Source of the DNA: Marsupella aquatica
Lineage: Eukaryota > Plantae > Marchantiophyta
DNA: 64,000 nt
Reading direction: 5' to 3'
Assembly (NCBI GenBank): GCA_973895155.1
Contig: OZ316899.1
Coordinates: 16,023,974 to 16,087,973 of the forward strand
Both the position numbers and the translations under genes were made by a program. This document shows, in pieces, positions 1 through 12,900 of the stretch. The notes below the pieces were generated by a model that saw nothing but the letters and a program-made list of their open reading frames with translations, did not search any database and was not told where the DNA came from. The first letter of the stretch is position 1; the number at the start of each line of letters is the position of its first letter.

Positions 1-681
1 TTGGTAGGTCCGCCTATGATGAATCCAGGTGAGGGTTATGTGGTAGTGGAGGGTAGGTTGGGATTGTCATATCTCACTGGAAAGGCGTTGCCTCTTGTGA
101 AGGACTTCTTGTCTGAGATATTCAAAATCCCTCAAGGCATACCCACTAATGCCCCTATAGAGATATGGGGCCGTCATTGGATAGTGCAATCATCTTCCCT
201 TGGTGTTGATGTAGGATTTGGGTTATTTGCTTTGGAGGACATTGTGGTCCATCCAAAGCCATGGCAAAGAGGTTATGATGGGGAACACTTATTTCCTTAT
301 ATTGGCCCTATATACACTGCCAAGAATTGGAACATTATTTTGCGGCAACAACCATCATGGGGAGTGTATGCATTGCAAATGGATTCCGATCTGGATGAGG
401 TCCTCAAGAGGCCTTGGCATTGTAGGATGATTGATGGTGATCCTGTGCGATGTGATAACATCGCTGGGTATATCAATAGTACCAAAGGGAGAGGACGAGG
501 ACTTCAACCAAATGTAGAGTGGGTTCAGATTTTTGGGGCACCGCCACCACCTTACTATGTGAAGCATATGGATGACCATGTTATGACTGTAGCCATTAGG
601 ACTATTAGGGCTGGTGAGGAACTCTTTTGTGACTATGATTGGAACGCGCCTAAGATGGCCATACGGTGTCGTCCTTCATAG
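1..681 (+). CDS. SET-domain (putative lysine methyltransferase) protein, 5'-truncated by the window edge
   Basis: Open for 226 codons. GFGLFALEDI matches SET motif I (GxGLFAxxDI). NIAGYINS...QPN resembles NxARFINHSCxPN. AIRTIRAGEELFCDY matches AxRDIxxGEELxxDY. No post-SET cysteines. Confidence 0.82.
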   Translation: MVGPPMMNPGEGYVVVEGRLGLSYLTGKALPLVKDFLSEIFKIPQGIPTNAPIEIWGRHWIVQSSSLGVDVGFGLFALEDIVVHPKPWQRGYDGEHLFPYIGPIYTAKNWNIILRQQPSWGVYALQMDSDLDEVLKRPWHCRMIDGDPVRCDNIAGYINSTKGRGRGLQPNVEWVQIFGAPPPPYYVKHMDDHVMTVAIRTIRAGEELFCDYDWNAPKMAIRCRPS

Positions 682-997
682 CACATACAAACATGTGTAT
701 ATGTTCACTTTTATAAAAATATTACTTGAGTTATTCTCTAATTGGTTTCAAGAGCTATGGAGTCTTTTGACTCATTCATATATGGATGTCTCAATTGTTG
801 GTTGAGAGACCTGGACTTATATCATTCTCATTGATTTCTTTTGTGTATGATAGAATGCATTTGTTCAGCCAGATATTGAGGTATTATCACGAGCTGTGCG
901 ACAACATCTCCTTCAGGCCATGGATTGTAGGCAAGGGGGTCAACCTTTTGAGGATATGGACATTCCACATGAACTACCTAATGCTACTTAAGAAAGA

Positions 998-3900
998 GTG
1001 GATGAGGACCGGGCTATGGATGAGTTGATGCACCAATTCATGGATGCAGATGAGGGTGATCCCCGGGGTGATCATGACCCAGGTGATTGGGAGGACATTG
1101 ACTTACCTCCTCCTCATAGGCATACTCCTTCACGGAATCCACACTCGCACCAATGGGAGGAGGCTCAAGAGCATGCACGGACTCATCTTTTTGAGGGGTC
1201 TAGATTATCTCGTCTTTCAGCAATCATGTTATTACTGAACTTGCAGCAAATACATGGAGCAAGCAACTTGCTTCTTGATGGTATTTTCAGGACATTGCAT
1301 GATCGTATGTTACCAGAGGGGAACAACTTGCCAGCATCATGGAAAGAGGCGAAGAAAGTGTTGAAGTCCATAGGCCTCAAGTATGAGGTCATACATGCTT
1401 GTGTGAATGATTGTGTTTTGTTCAGAAAGGAGCACTCAAATGCTCTTACATGTCCTGTGTGCAACGCGCCAAGATATTGTGAGGATATGTTGACAGGAAG
1501 AGTACCTCAAAAGGTTATGAGGTACTTTCCCCTTATTCCTCATTTGTGTCACCAGTTTTGATGCACAGAGTTGGCTAAGTATATGGTATGGCATTCCCAA
1601 CACCGTTCAGACACTACTCAAGATCCAACCATGCGCATAATGGTTGACTCTCTTGCAAACAGATTTGTGGAAGAGCGTTGGGGTGAGTTCAAGACTGACC
1701 CTCGTCATGTTTGCCTTGGTTTGGCATCAGACGGCATTAGCCCATTTGCACTGGCCGGCAAGGCCAAACCATACTCTGTATGGCCAGTAGTCCTCACTAA
1801 CTACAACATCCCACCATGGATGGCTATGAAGAAGGGTCATTTGCTCCTATCTATGATTATTCCTGGCCCTAAGCAAGTGAAGAAGATTGATGTATACTTG
1901 CAACCGTTGATTGAGGAGCTACAAAAACTTTGGGGGGGAGTGGATTGCTATGATGGTCGAGTGCATACAGGGGGCTTACCCCGTGAGTTTCAGCTCAAAG
2001 CCATTCTTATGTGGACCATGCATGATCTTCCAGGTACCCAACTCTTTATAAATTAAGTATGGCTTGTGCAACTACCCATATATATATATATCATTCTGTT
2101 TATTTTTTTCCCTTTGATTTGGTTTCAAAACTTAATGGGTTTTAATTTGTGACCATTGTTTGTGAAGGGTTTGGATATATTTATGGCTTGCAAACTTCTG
2201 GATATCGTGCTTGCCCAACTTGTGGACCAGACTTGGAGGGAGTGGCGCGCCCAAAGTCTACCACCCTGCGGAAGATAGTTTACATTGGTCACACAAAGTA
2301 TCTTCCTGAGGGGCATGACTGGAGGTATGATCCATTTTTGTATGACACGGATGAGGGCCAGCCAGACACAAGACCTCAGCCTTTACCGAAGGACCCAATA
2401 TATTGGAAGGAGGTATGGGAGAGGGTGACTGATCCAGATGACCCATTACCCTTGGCTAGATGTGGCATGATCCGTTTGTCTGCATTGGCACAACTTCCAT
2501 ATTGGGAACACATGCCAATAAATCATCTATTGGACCCTATGCATATTGAGGGGAATGTTGGGAGGTCATTGATCAGCCATCTATATGGAGAGAAAAACAA
2601 CAATTGGAGGGAGAGTTGTGAGGAGATGGGGATGCATGGCCTTCATGGTTTTTGGCCATCTATGGACCCTGACCCTCCCCTTACTATCCATCCCCCATGG
2701 GTTTTCACAAGGAGTGAGCGAATCGAGTTTTGCAAGCGGATAGGGTCAATGCGGTTTCCTATAGGGTATGGTGCCAATCTTCGCAAGGCATTTGGTGGAG
2801 ATGACTCTCCAAAATGGCCAGCTTTCTTGAAGACCCACGATTATCATTGTCTATTGCAGCACGTTATTCCAATTGCTATTATTGGATTGGGCAGCGAGGA
2901 TCTTCGGGATGCACTTTGGTCATTGGGTAGATTGTTGAGATGGGTTTGTCAAAAGGAGGTCAACAAGGGAGAGATTGCTGCCATGGAGGTATTTGGAGTG
3001 GAGGTTGTGTGCAAGTTGGAGTGAGCACTCCCTCCTTCCTTCTTTGATGGTCAAGTTCATTTTCTTGTACATCTAGTGCGTGAAGTAGCCATTGCAGGCC
3101 CAGTACATTGTTGTTGGATGTATTGGGTAGAGCAATTCATGGGAGTCATGAAATCATATGTATCAAACCGTGCTGGGGTGGAAGGTAGCATTGCCGAACA
3201 TCACCTTGGAGCAGAGAGTATGTTCTATTATACAAACATTGTGGCTACACTTGATCCAAATGCTCCAAGGGGTTGGATAGATGAGTCAGCACGAGAGGCA
3301 TATTATGAGGAGGATAGACTCACTGGAGCAAAGGGAGAACAACTACTAGGCTCTGCTGAACGTCTGCAACTCACCACATTCATGTTGTATAACTCACCAG
3401 AGATTGCAGGGGAGTGGACTGCATTTTATGAGGAGAAGAGTAATAGTCGTTGGCCACGCCTCTTCCCCAAGTTTCTCCCATATATGAAGGAGAAGTTGAC
3501 ATAGATTGATGCCTTGTTGGGTCAGGGTGAGAGTGTTTTGCACTTTCCGAAGGTCACCAATGACATTCGCACCCTTGTTCATGGTCCATTACTCACGGTC
3601 ACAACTCGAACAGCCATGTGGTCAAATGGGAGGCATTTTCAAATCCAACATCTTGATATGAAGAGAGCAGCAACACAAGATTGTGGGGTGATGGGGTGGT
3701 TCACCCAAGAGTCACAAAGTAGCACTTTTGACCGGAATCCAATACGTTCAACTGTGGCCCACTATGGGAAGATAGAGGAGATCCTTATCATAAATTATCA
3801 TGCCCATACAACCTTGGAGGAGGTGGTGTTCAAGTGCAAATGGTTTTGGATGAATCTTGTTGGTCATAATCGGACCTGTGAAGAAGATGCATGTGGGTTC

Positions 3901-4119
3901 ACACGATTGAAGACCAGTGCAACTAGTGTCATTAGTTCCAATTGGAGAACCTCAGATCCATTTGCATTTCCCCATCATTTGGAGCAATCTTTCTATCTTC
4001 CTTATCCGAATGACCCAGAGTGGTCCATTGTTATGCCTTACATCCCTCGCTCATGATCCATTGTTCAAGACAAGCCAAGTGTAGTTGTAGTAGAGGATTT
4101 GGACCCCTCATTACAATAG
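998..4119 (+). pseudogene. CACTA TNP2/TnpD-like transposase (Transposase_21, DUF4218, DUF4216 type), decayed
   Basis: Motifs IHACVNDCVLF, CPVC, LGLASDG, SVWPV, NIPPW, DVYLQPLIEELQKLW, HDLPG/FGY...ACPTC, LDPMHIEGNV, KTHDYH, GPVH..WMYWVE, EGSIAE, YGKIEEI, FKCKW. GT-AG intron ~2034-2167. Premature stops end at 1561, 3024, 3504 and 4056. Confidence 0.92.
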
Positions 4120-4309
4120 ATGCGGCCTAGGTAAATCCCCTATATGTTTTATCTTCATGGATATTATATACATTTTTTCATGTCATTTCACATGTGCCCA
4201 AAGATTCATTGGTTGGATATAATTTTGGATACAACTGTATATAGTCCCTTGACACAATCCAAATTGCAATCCCTAAGTAATATATGCATTTGAGTCACGT
4301 CCATTTATT

Positions 4310-4815
4310 CCCGATACCATTTCCCATGCTTAAAACAACGGAATCCCATTGGAAGACCTCCTTGTTCAAATCTTGACCTCGAACCACATATATTCAATCT
4401 AAACCCTTTCGGACTCAATTTCTGATACTTGTAGCATCGGAATTATTTGTGATAAACACTACTTTGGAAAACATTTGCGATACCCACCCTATCGGAAGCA
4501 CTAAGCGATACATTTTTCATTGCAATATTTCCATAATTTACTCAATCGGACATCGAATATGATACTTCAGGGATCGGAAATTTAGTAACAATTTTTAGAA
4601 GAGGGGTCCGATAGTCAAGACATCGGATATGTTCCGATATTAGGAGTATTGCAAATGATGTCCGATGTTTTGGGAATCGGATACTGGGTTTCCGAAGCTA
4701 TGGGGATCGCAAGTTCCGATACTTTTGTTAACAAAAGTTTGCGTAACTCTGGCTATCGGACGCCTGTTTCATGTTTCAGCGGGAGCATCGGAAAATGAGC
4801 AAAAATGTACTAGTG
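4310..4815. repeat. CACTA-1 right subterminal repeats and TIR
   Basis: Many direct and inverted copies of (T)CCGATA / ATCGGA, ending in TAGTG at 4811-4815. Confidence 0.8.
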
Positions 4816-6000
4816 GTGGTCCTGGAAGGGGCCTCAAGTAAACTGTCTCTAACTGTTGCTGATCGAGATGCTGCCCACACCTATTACCTACATAACCATG
4901 TACAGGTTGCACCATGGCTCAGGTACATGATAACTACATCATTTTGTTTATGGTTGTCTCAGTGTTCAGTAATGTAGTCTAAATGTGTTGTCACAATATG
5001 AGAGTATTTCTTTTATGATATCTGACATTGTTCTTTGCTTGCTTGGAAGGTTGTATGAGTCAGAAGAGGAGGAGCGAAGGATAGAAAGGGAAGCTGTTGT
5101 AAGATAGAATAATGCAGAATGACGACAAGGTAGATGTCAAGCAATGGCCTATCCTGCTGAATTTTCTTCCATTCCTTTTGGAGTGTGGTTCAGGGATACA
5201 ATACACAAGGCTAACCTGGATGACAATGAGGACAAGTTGTTGTTGACTGCAATTTCTTTTCCACCAAGCCAGAAGGCTTTGTCTCACAATTCAATGATGG
5301 CTTTTGGGAACCATTACAGAGTGATGCGCTGCAAAGATAGGAATGGTGAATGGCGTGAGATGTCCACTCTCAGGGACACTGATTGTCAAGGATATGCTAC
5401 ATTTGATTCAGGGGCAGCCAAAACTTTCCATGAGCAGATCAGGGACGAAATTGGGGTGAATTTGGCCAAGCTTACATATGTGGGGGTTCTGACACAGATA
5501 CTTGTGCTTGATTATGGACCTTTGTTACATTTTGAACCAACCATAATCTTGAAGGCAAAGTGGGTGCAGTCTAAGTGGGGAGAGGAGAGGTCTAATCCAT
5601 CAATGAAACATGATGAGACTGGCCTATGGCTTGCCAATTTTAATATGCCTTATCCCTCAGCTAAGAAATTGGATTATGTCTTGCCCAATCAGATTGAGCA
5701 GGTTGTCTTCTACCCAAACACAGCCAAGGCCTCTTGGAGACATGTTCTCCATGAGGAAGGGAGGTCTCAACGAGTTGTTGAGGGTATAAATGACCTTGAG
5801 TTTAATGATATTGTGGATCGTCATGAGGCTGTTGAGGCTGAGCTTGTTGCAGCAGCTAACAGACGAGTGTCCTTGGATGAAGGAGAAATTGTAGTTTTTC
5901 AGGAGATGGCAGTGTTGACAAGAAGTGATAGTGATGATGATGATGTCTGGGAAGATGAAAAGATTCAGATGAAGAGTGAGAATGTGCCTCTTGGGGCAGG
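4816..6000 (+). pseudogene. C-terminal part of the CACTA-2 transposase (DUF4216-like)
   Basis: VVLEGA...AAHTYYLHNHVQVAPWL, then MMAFGNHYRV, TFDSG, YVGVLTQILVLDYG, LKAKWV, YVLPNQIEQVVF, WRHVL. Confidence 0.8.
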
Positions 6001-6049
6001 AAGTACTGATTGCTCTTTGGTGATAGTGTTTTTTATGCAGTTTTGAATT

Positions 6050-9048
6050 GAAATGCATGATCGGTCTGGGGTGAAAGGTTCCGAGAATGCCTATGAGGCA
6101 CAGAGGAATAGGAACATAGCAGCCAACAAAGCTATACTTGACCGGTTTGTAGGAACTGCTACAAGTGATTTAAAGTATGTACTCTATCCCTATATAGAAT
6201 TTATGCCTTGACTTTATTACTAATGGTTCACACTCATGACATTGTCACAATGATTGCAGTTTACAGGGAGAGGCAAGGCGCAAAAGTCTATCTAAGTTGT
6301 CAAAGAAGATTGAACAAAATCAGCCGTCTATAGCAAAGCGTAGGAGTTCACGATTACTTGGCATGCACTTGGAGAAAATCATGGAGAGTGACAACAGTGG
6401 GAGTGATGGGTCTAAAAACTCAGTTGACACAAACTATGGGACAGGTTTAAGTGATGGCTTTGAATCAGATGGTGTTGAAGAGCCATGTAAGGTAGGAGAA
6501 GACTCACTGTCAATGTTTACTTCAATTGAAGCTAATTGTATTAATTGTCCAATTTCTGTATATCTTGATTTGGTGCTAGTGTTACTAAATACTTGAATGT
6601 GCAGTGTTATATATCCACAGGCTCCCCGACAGTCAAGAGCTAAATATTATGTGGATCCTAGGACAAAGGAAGTGAGTTTATGTAAGTAATTATTAATTAC
6701 CTCACTTGCCATGAGCTTGTTTTTGACTTGCCAAGTGATTCCCGAGTTCATAGATTCTCACAATTGCAGATTGACTGTCACTAGTTACATTAATGTTTGA
6801 CTTGCTAACAGGATCTCTTTGGTTGGTTGTGGTAGTGACACCCTTGCCAAGAGCATCTACTCGTGATCTGGATGATGGAATTGTCACAAAAAGATCAGAA
6901 CAAACATATGTACGACAATCATCTCATGCCGCAAAGAAGCAATGGGAAGAGAACACAAGCGAGCATCGCAAGTTGGGCATGAAGAAAGTTGCAATCACTG
7001 TATGTTGCTTGTGAAAGATCATGTTTGTGATTTATTGTTTGTCCTCTGTTATTTATTGTTTTCTTATGATGCATTGTGTGCAGATTTGGAACAATGATGT
7101 TGATCCTAGTGATCCATATCGGGCACGTTGGGGAGATGATCTTCGTGCTGTGTGTATGGATAAACTGAATCCTTCTATCCGTGAGATTAAGAAGCAAGAC
7201 TCAGGGGTTCTTCTTCATGTTTAAGCTGTGTTGGAGAATGATTGGGAGTATCTGCAGGGGACTCTGTCAATGAAGAAGTTCAGGTCTCATTGTTCAACAG
7301 TAATGAAAGCACAGCGAGCAAGACTCCACAAACATTTTCAGGAAGGTGGGAGACGCCTGGACAAGAAGCCCCCTGAGAATGTGAAACCTGAACATTGGAA
7401 GGCATTGTGTGAGTGGTGGCTATCTCCAGAAGGGATGTCTAGCATTGACAAGATGAAGTATGCAAGATCTAAAGTCATTAATCCATCAAGGGTTGGACGA
7501 GGTGGCTACCGTGGGAAGGAGTCTGACTTTGTAAGTATACAAGATTCATTTACAGTATTATGAATGTTTGTAAACAACAAGTAGGCTTACAGCATGTGTC
7601 TTCCTCTGTTTTAGCAATTGGTATGCAAAGAAGCAAGAAGCTTCATTCTGATATGTTTTGTTTGGTTTCATTGTTCAAAAGAGAAAAAGAGGGGAAAGTC
7701 CACCTCTATCAGAGTTACGTTCCAAAGATGATAGAATTAATCCATCAAGTGTGAGATCTGTCACAGGACAGGCCACACCATCTCATCAGAGAGGCAGAAA
7801 GTCAATTGTGAGTATAGTTCACAAACCCAATTTGTGATTTTCAAATTGCCAAGTTTATGTGATATCCACTAACTTTTGTATGATTGGTTAATGGTTGCAG
7901 ACACCAATTTCCAAGTCTATGATGGGAGACAATACAGATTGTGATGAGCGTATGTTGACTAAAATTTGGATGCAATAAATATTGGGATAAGTGCTGGGAT
8001 AAGTGTTGGGTTTGACAAAATAATAATTGTTTTGGCAAAATAGAACCACAGTGAAGATGTGGAAGAAACCAGAACTGTCCCACTTGGGCTGGGACCATCT
8101 TCAATGTCCTCACGAATGAGTTCAGTTCTGAAAAGTCATTCGGGTCTGAAAAGTCATTCAGGCTGTAGTACTTCAGCTATGAAACTAGACTTTTTGGTGG
8201 ACTTGACCAAAGAAAGTATGTTCTTTACAGAGGACAATTAAAGTAGTGTAATCAAGCATGCATGACTTGGATTAGTGAATGTTTTCTAATGTCTTGAAAT
8301 GTTTATGGGCAGTTGAAGATGATCAGGGGATTGATCTCAATGCTGATGCGGAATACAATAATGTTGACCCAATGATTGTGAAACAAGAGATCAATGAAGA
8401 AACAAAGGTGGTATACAGTTTGCCTGCGCAGCATGATCAAGCAGGAAAAGTAAGTGGTGATTATTAATGTGTTCATTATCCCATGAATTTGTAATGTGAA
8501 CCTAGTAGGGCATGTTTATGTAAGTTGTCTCACCCTAATCTGTTTTGCAGAAGATAACTGAAGTTGTGACACCTGAAGCTATTTGTACAAGGTCATCTGA
8601 AGAAGCCATCGTTGCAGAGTTTCCAAAGTTGGTACCTTCACCCTTTGTCTTCAAGGTGAGCAAAAGCAAATTATTGCTTTCAATACATGTCTTATTCATT
8701 TATTTGCTATAAGTTGTCATTAACAAGCCCAATGAAATGATTGTATGAGTCTAATGAAATGGCTGTGTTATCTTGTTGATGTGTGCATGACAGTTTAAAG
8801 TAGGAGACATGATGAAATTGAAGTCACCAATGAAGCAGCAGGTGATTGCTATTGCAAAAATTGATGGAGTATGTGGAGTTGATCGATATTGTGACAACCC
8901 AATTCCTATTGGCTTCTTGATTGTCAAAGTTGTTTCTATTTTGAATGGAGATGCACCTCTCCAAGAAAAGCACCCAAAAGGCTTAGTAGCCCTCAAACAT
9001 GTGAAGGGGCACCCATTTTTGTGGAGGCAGAAGTTAATGAGGAAGTAG
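6050..9048 (+). pseudogene. Multi-exon TnpA/Tnp1-like CACTA accessory gene; exon boundaries approximate
   Basis: Exon ~7084-7530 has RARLHKHF...PPENVKPEHWKALCEWWLSPEG...RVGRGGY (Ptta/En-Spm Transposase_24-like). Last exon ~8790-9048 has IAKIDG...PIPIGFLIVKVVSI..GDAPL...FLW (Tnp1-like). AT-rich GT-AG introns lie between. Confidence 0.65.
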
Positions 9049-9328
9049 GATTTGGTAATTGAGTAGTGCTTGCAATAGAGAATCCATGTGATTGAAGAAG
9101 TATATGGGTTCCTATAGGTAGCATGGATACTATTGTGCAACTATAACTCTCAATTTTTGGATTCCCATTTGTGGATCACTCTAGAATTTTGTTGGTGTTT
9201 GAAATGATGATTTACTAAGTTGTATCATGTGTCAAATTTTGTTGATTCTTTATATGAGACATATGTGAGATTTTTGTTATTGTGAGTGTGTACATTTTAG
9301 GGTTTAGAACTCTAAAACTAATGACTCT

Positions 9329-9885
9329 AAATCTAGTGATCAATACACTCCAATGTACTATTATTCAAGTTCTATAATACACCCAAATCTAGTGATCAAT
9401 ACACTCCAATGAACTATCATTCAAGTTTTATAATACACCCAAATCACTATGATTGCAGTGATACTAGACTATGGTCATACTACTATAACTATAGTTATCA
9501 AGGATATGATGTTCGTCACCCATTTTAAAGTTGTAAAATAGCAATCTATAACACTTAAGATGTAGTCATATAGCAAGTAATAATGGATTGAATGATACAT
9601 CTATAAATAGGGTCATATAACAAATAACAAAAGCTCTACAATTACTACTTCAATTTGAGACATATAACAAGTACTTAAATTGCAAAATAATATATCTTTA
9701 CTACATCAAACTTAGTTATATAACATGTAATAAGTATGTCAAAATATTTCATGTTATCACTTCAAATTTAGTGATAGGACAAGTCAAAAAGGTGGTTTGG
9801 TTATGACTTCAATTCTAGTCATATAACTAGTATTAAATGTGTGACACAAAGTATCTTTCAGACTCAAAATCTAGTCATATATTGG
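9329..9885. repeat. 56-bp tandem duplication plus GTCATATAAC-like subterminal repeats of CACTA-2
   Basis: Unit AAATCTAGTGATCAATACACTCCAATG...ATAATACACCC at 9329-9384 and 9385-9440. GTCATATA-like motifs near 9474, 9565, 9612, 9659, 9716, 9818 and 9875. Confidence 0.7.
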
Positions 9886-9918
9886 CAAGGGCTATATAAT
9901 TTCTACTTGAATGCTAGT

Positions 9919-12900
9919 TGTCGCGTCCCTAACCTGGGCCTTAAATCCAGTTTAGTTCCATGGCGCAACCTCGACCACCAGTAGGGGTGAGGGTTTGGGC
10001 AAGGAGGTGTGTAGTGGCCCCGTTTAGCCCTAAGTCAGGCTAAGTCGATAAACTTACTGGTATAACGCTTACGCAATTTGTACTAGTCATAGGTATATTT
10101 ATTTTCCACCGCTGGAATTTTCCCTTAGTTAGTGACTCCGACTAACTCCCGACTTGGGGCTTTCAAGCCATCGATGCGATAGAACCTTGTGACATGCAAT
10201 GGGTGGTAATCCCTACCATTAGTCCGCACCTGGTACGTCCCTTGAAATGGCGCCTTTGCCCAGACAAAGCATACACACAACACTAGTTACTCCCGGAAAC
10301 ATTAGAGGGAAAAGACTACATTTACTCAGCGAAGCATCAGTTTACATGGTTGACTTGACTTCTAAGGGGGTCAGCAGGCCCAACAGCAGTCGATGCCCAG
10401 TCTCTACGAGGCCCTGCCTTGCACTTGCCCAACAAGCTCGACTCTGGCTCTCACTCCTTGGTGCGCTCTGACCCTACCCAGGCTGGGACTTCCCGTGTCT
10501 CGCCTTTTCTTCTGCCGAGATAACTAAGCCTTCTCCCCCTTCCATAGCGGAAGAGGAAGCCTAAATACTACGTTTGCGGAAGGGAACCGGAGGATACTAC
10601 CTTCCGGGGCAATACCTACTGACTAACTACCCTCTGACTAACTGGCCGTGCCGTACTGACTGGTTGACCGTTGACGACAAGAGTGCTAACCAGAATGGCA
10701 GCAGCTAAGCCTACTGAAAAAATCTAGTCCGTTGATGGACTCCATCCTAAGCTGGCCACTCCTAACTGATTTGGTCCTAATTCTTCCTATTGCCGCTAAT
10801 CAGAGCCTAATGACAGCTATTCTGTCGTTACGCTTAACCAAAGATGCCGCTGACTCAACTGCCTTGCGCGGCGCCTGCTTCCACCCTTCGCTAACCACCC
10901 CTTACGTGTGTGCTGTGGTCGGACCAGGGTTTGTCCCCCTGTCGGGGCGAGACCTCAAGCCGCCTTGATCAGAGGTGGCCCAGGTTTTCCCCGTTGGAGG
11001 ACAAGCAGGGCAACGCAATCCTGCAAGGCCTTGTTGTCCCGCACCGCCTCCTCCGCCTTGTTTGCAGCTTCATCGGCCTCTGTCTGGAGCCGCGCTACCT
11101 CCAGGTTGAGTTGGTAAATGGAGTCGCGATGGGTCTGGTCCTGTGCCCGCAATTTATCCCGCTCGGCGGAGAGACTAGCTACCTACTGAGCTGCCTGCAG
11201 GGACTGTTTGTTGAGGTCGGTCAGGCTGGTAACCCGAGCCGAAGATTTTGAGCGCAATTGAAGCACGGTGTCGTCCAGCTTCTTGAGATCTGCTTGCGCT
11301 CCGCTCAACTCCTGCGTTAGTCCATCCCTCTGTTCGACGGTGCGGACTAACTCCTCGCGGCGGGTAGTGGCCTCCTCCTCGAGGTGCTCTACCAGCATTT
11401 GGAGGCGCCCGATCTCATTCCCCTTCGCCATGAGTTCTTCTTCCAAGCGGCTTATGATCCGTGGTTGGTGCTCTAACATGAAGAAGGCTGGTTGAAAGTA
11501 CGCCGAGACTTGTTGTCCGATGTACGTCGCCAGCTCCCCAGACATAGTCTGGCTAAACTTCTGGACCAGATCGTAGGCCATGGTCCCCGGGGCTACTTGG
11601 TAGTCCTCCATCCTCTCGGGTACCGATGGTTCCTCGGGCGGGGCAACGATCTCCTCCGTAGTCTGCGTTGGGGAGGGGAAGGTTTCTTCAGGTGGTGGAG
11701 GGATTGGGGGTGGTTGTACCGCGGGTAGCGGAGGCTCGAAGGAAGGGGGCGACGGAATTTCAATAGGAGGAGGTGACGGAGTATTAGTCGGGGCTTTCGG
11801 CTCGGGGTTTGGCCGAGGAGCGGTAGTCCGCGCGCTTGGGGTTGCCTCCTCTGGGATGGGGGTGACATTAGTCGGGGCTGAGGTGGCCATATTCTTTCCT
11901 CTGGCCTCCCGCCGTGCCTTGTACCAGGCGAGGATGATGGCGATATGACTTCCCAAGTAAGTCTTCCCCCCAATAGCCATACCACCCTGAGCCCGCTTCA
12001 GCTCCCCCGAGAATCTTCGGTAAAAGAATTGGGCCCAGTTCCGCCGTTTGAAGTGTTCCACCTGCACAATCGTGCAGAGGGAGATCTCGGATTGTGGCTC
12101 AATCATGTGTAGGGTAGTCCGTATGAAGTTAAGCCGCTCCATGCAGATTAAGTTGGTGCACGACCCCTGCTTGTATCCGTTGTCCGTCTTACCCTCGAGT
12201 TTGAAGTGCTGAGGTGTATACTCCTTATCCCAAATTTGGAGTTCAACCGGCACTGGCCCGGTTGGCAGGCAGAAGATCTGTGCCAACCGATGCTCCGTGA
12301 GTGATAAGGTCTGCCCTGAAACCTTAGTGGTCGATGCGTCAGTGTCAAAATTGGAGATGAACTCACAAATCTCCTTTGGCCCGGCGGCGCACGGTCTCCA
12401 TAGCAAGTGAGCGAACGGCTCCAACTGATGCTCCTTGAGATAATCCGTGTGTTCGAGTTTCTTGATCGCAATCTAGACTACTTCGGGGACGCGGATCACC
12501 TGTAATAAGTTGGACTTCGGCTTATCCGGGGGCTGTCGGGTCTGGTTGGCCGGGGGGTTTGCCGGGGCAGGTGCAGGCACGACGTTGGTTCACGTTGTTG
12601 ATTTGGGGGCCGACGTCTTCCTTGGCCGCTTACGAGAACACTGCTCGAGTTACGGACTAACTCGCTTGGAACCCAAAGAACACTCTGTGTTGATCACTGG
12701 TCGGACTTGGGACCGGTTCGGAGGTACGCCGGTGGTCATCGGCTGAGGTGCTGGTGGTGTTGGGGTGGCCATATCCCAGTCGAAGGCGTTGGAACTTTCC
12801 CCGAGGAAAGTAAGATTATGCGCCGCTTCCCGTTGTCTGCTGATGTCTTCTTGGCGCTTTTCGGCTGCAATTTGCTGGTCTAGGTACCCCGGAATCTTGT

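Larger units (their letters stand above)
1..4815 (+). mobile_element. CACTA (En/Spm) DNA transposon CACTA-1; left end lies outside the window
   Basis: TNP2-type transposase 998-4119. Dense CCGAT/ATCGG subterminal repeats ~4310-4790. Right TIR AAAAATGTACTAGTG ends at 4815 (reverse complement CACTAGTACATTTTT). A different transposase reading frame resumes at 4816. Confidence 0.88.
4816..9918 (+). mobile_element. Second CACTA element CACTA-2, 3' part; split by CACTA-1 on the left and cut by LTR A on the right
   Basis: Transposase C-terminus, a TnpA-like spliced gene, then GTCATATA(A/G)C subterminal repeats at ~9470-9885. Right TIR not seen. Confidence 0.78.

Noticed and set aside
144-148. CACTA pentamer as the left end of CACTA-1
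   Set aside because: It lies inside the SET ORF, does not extend to the TIR (CACTAGTAC) and has no subterminal repeats.
4310-9900. CRISPR-like arrays in the short-repeat regions (4310-4790 and 9329-9885)
   Set aside because: Repeats are 5-10 bp, irregularly spaced and in both orientations, as expected for CACTA subterminal repeats. No cas genes.
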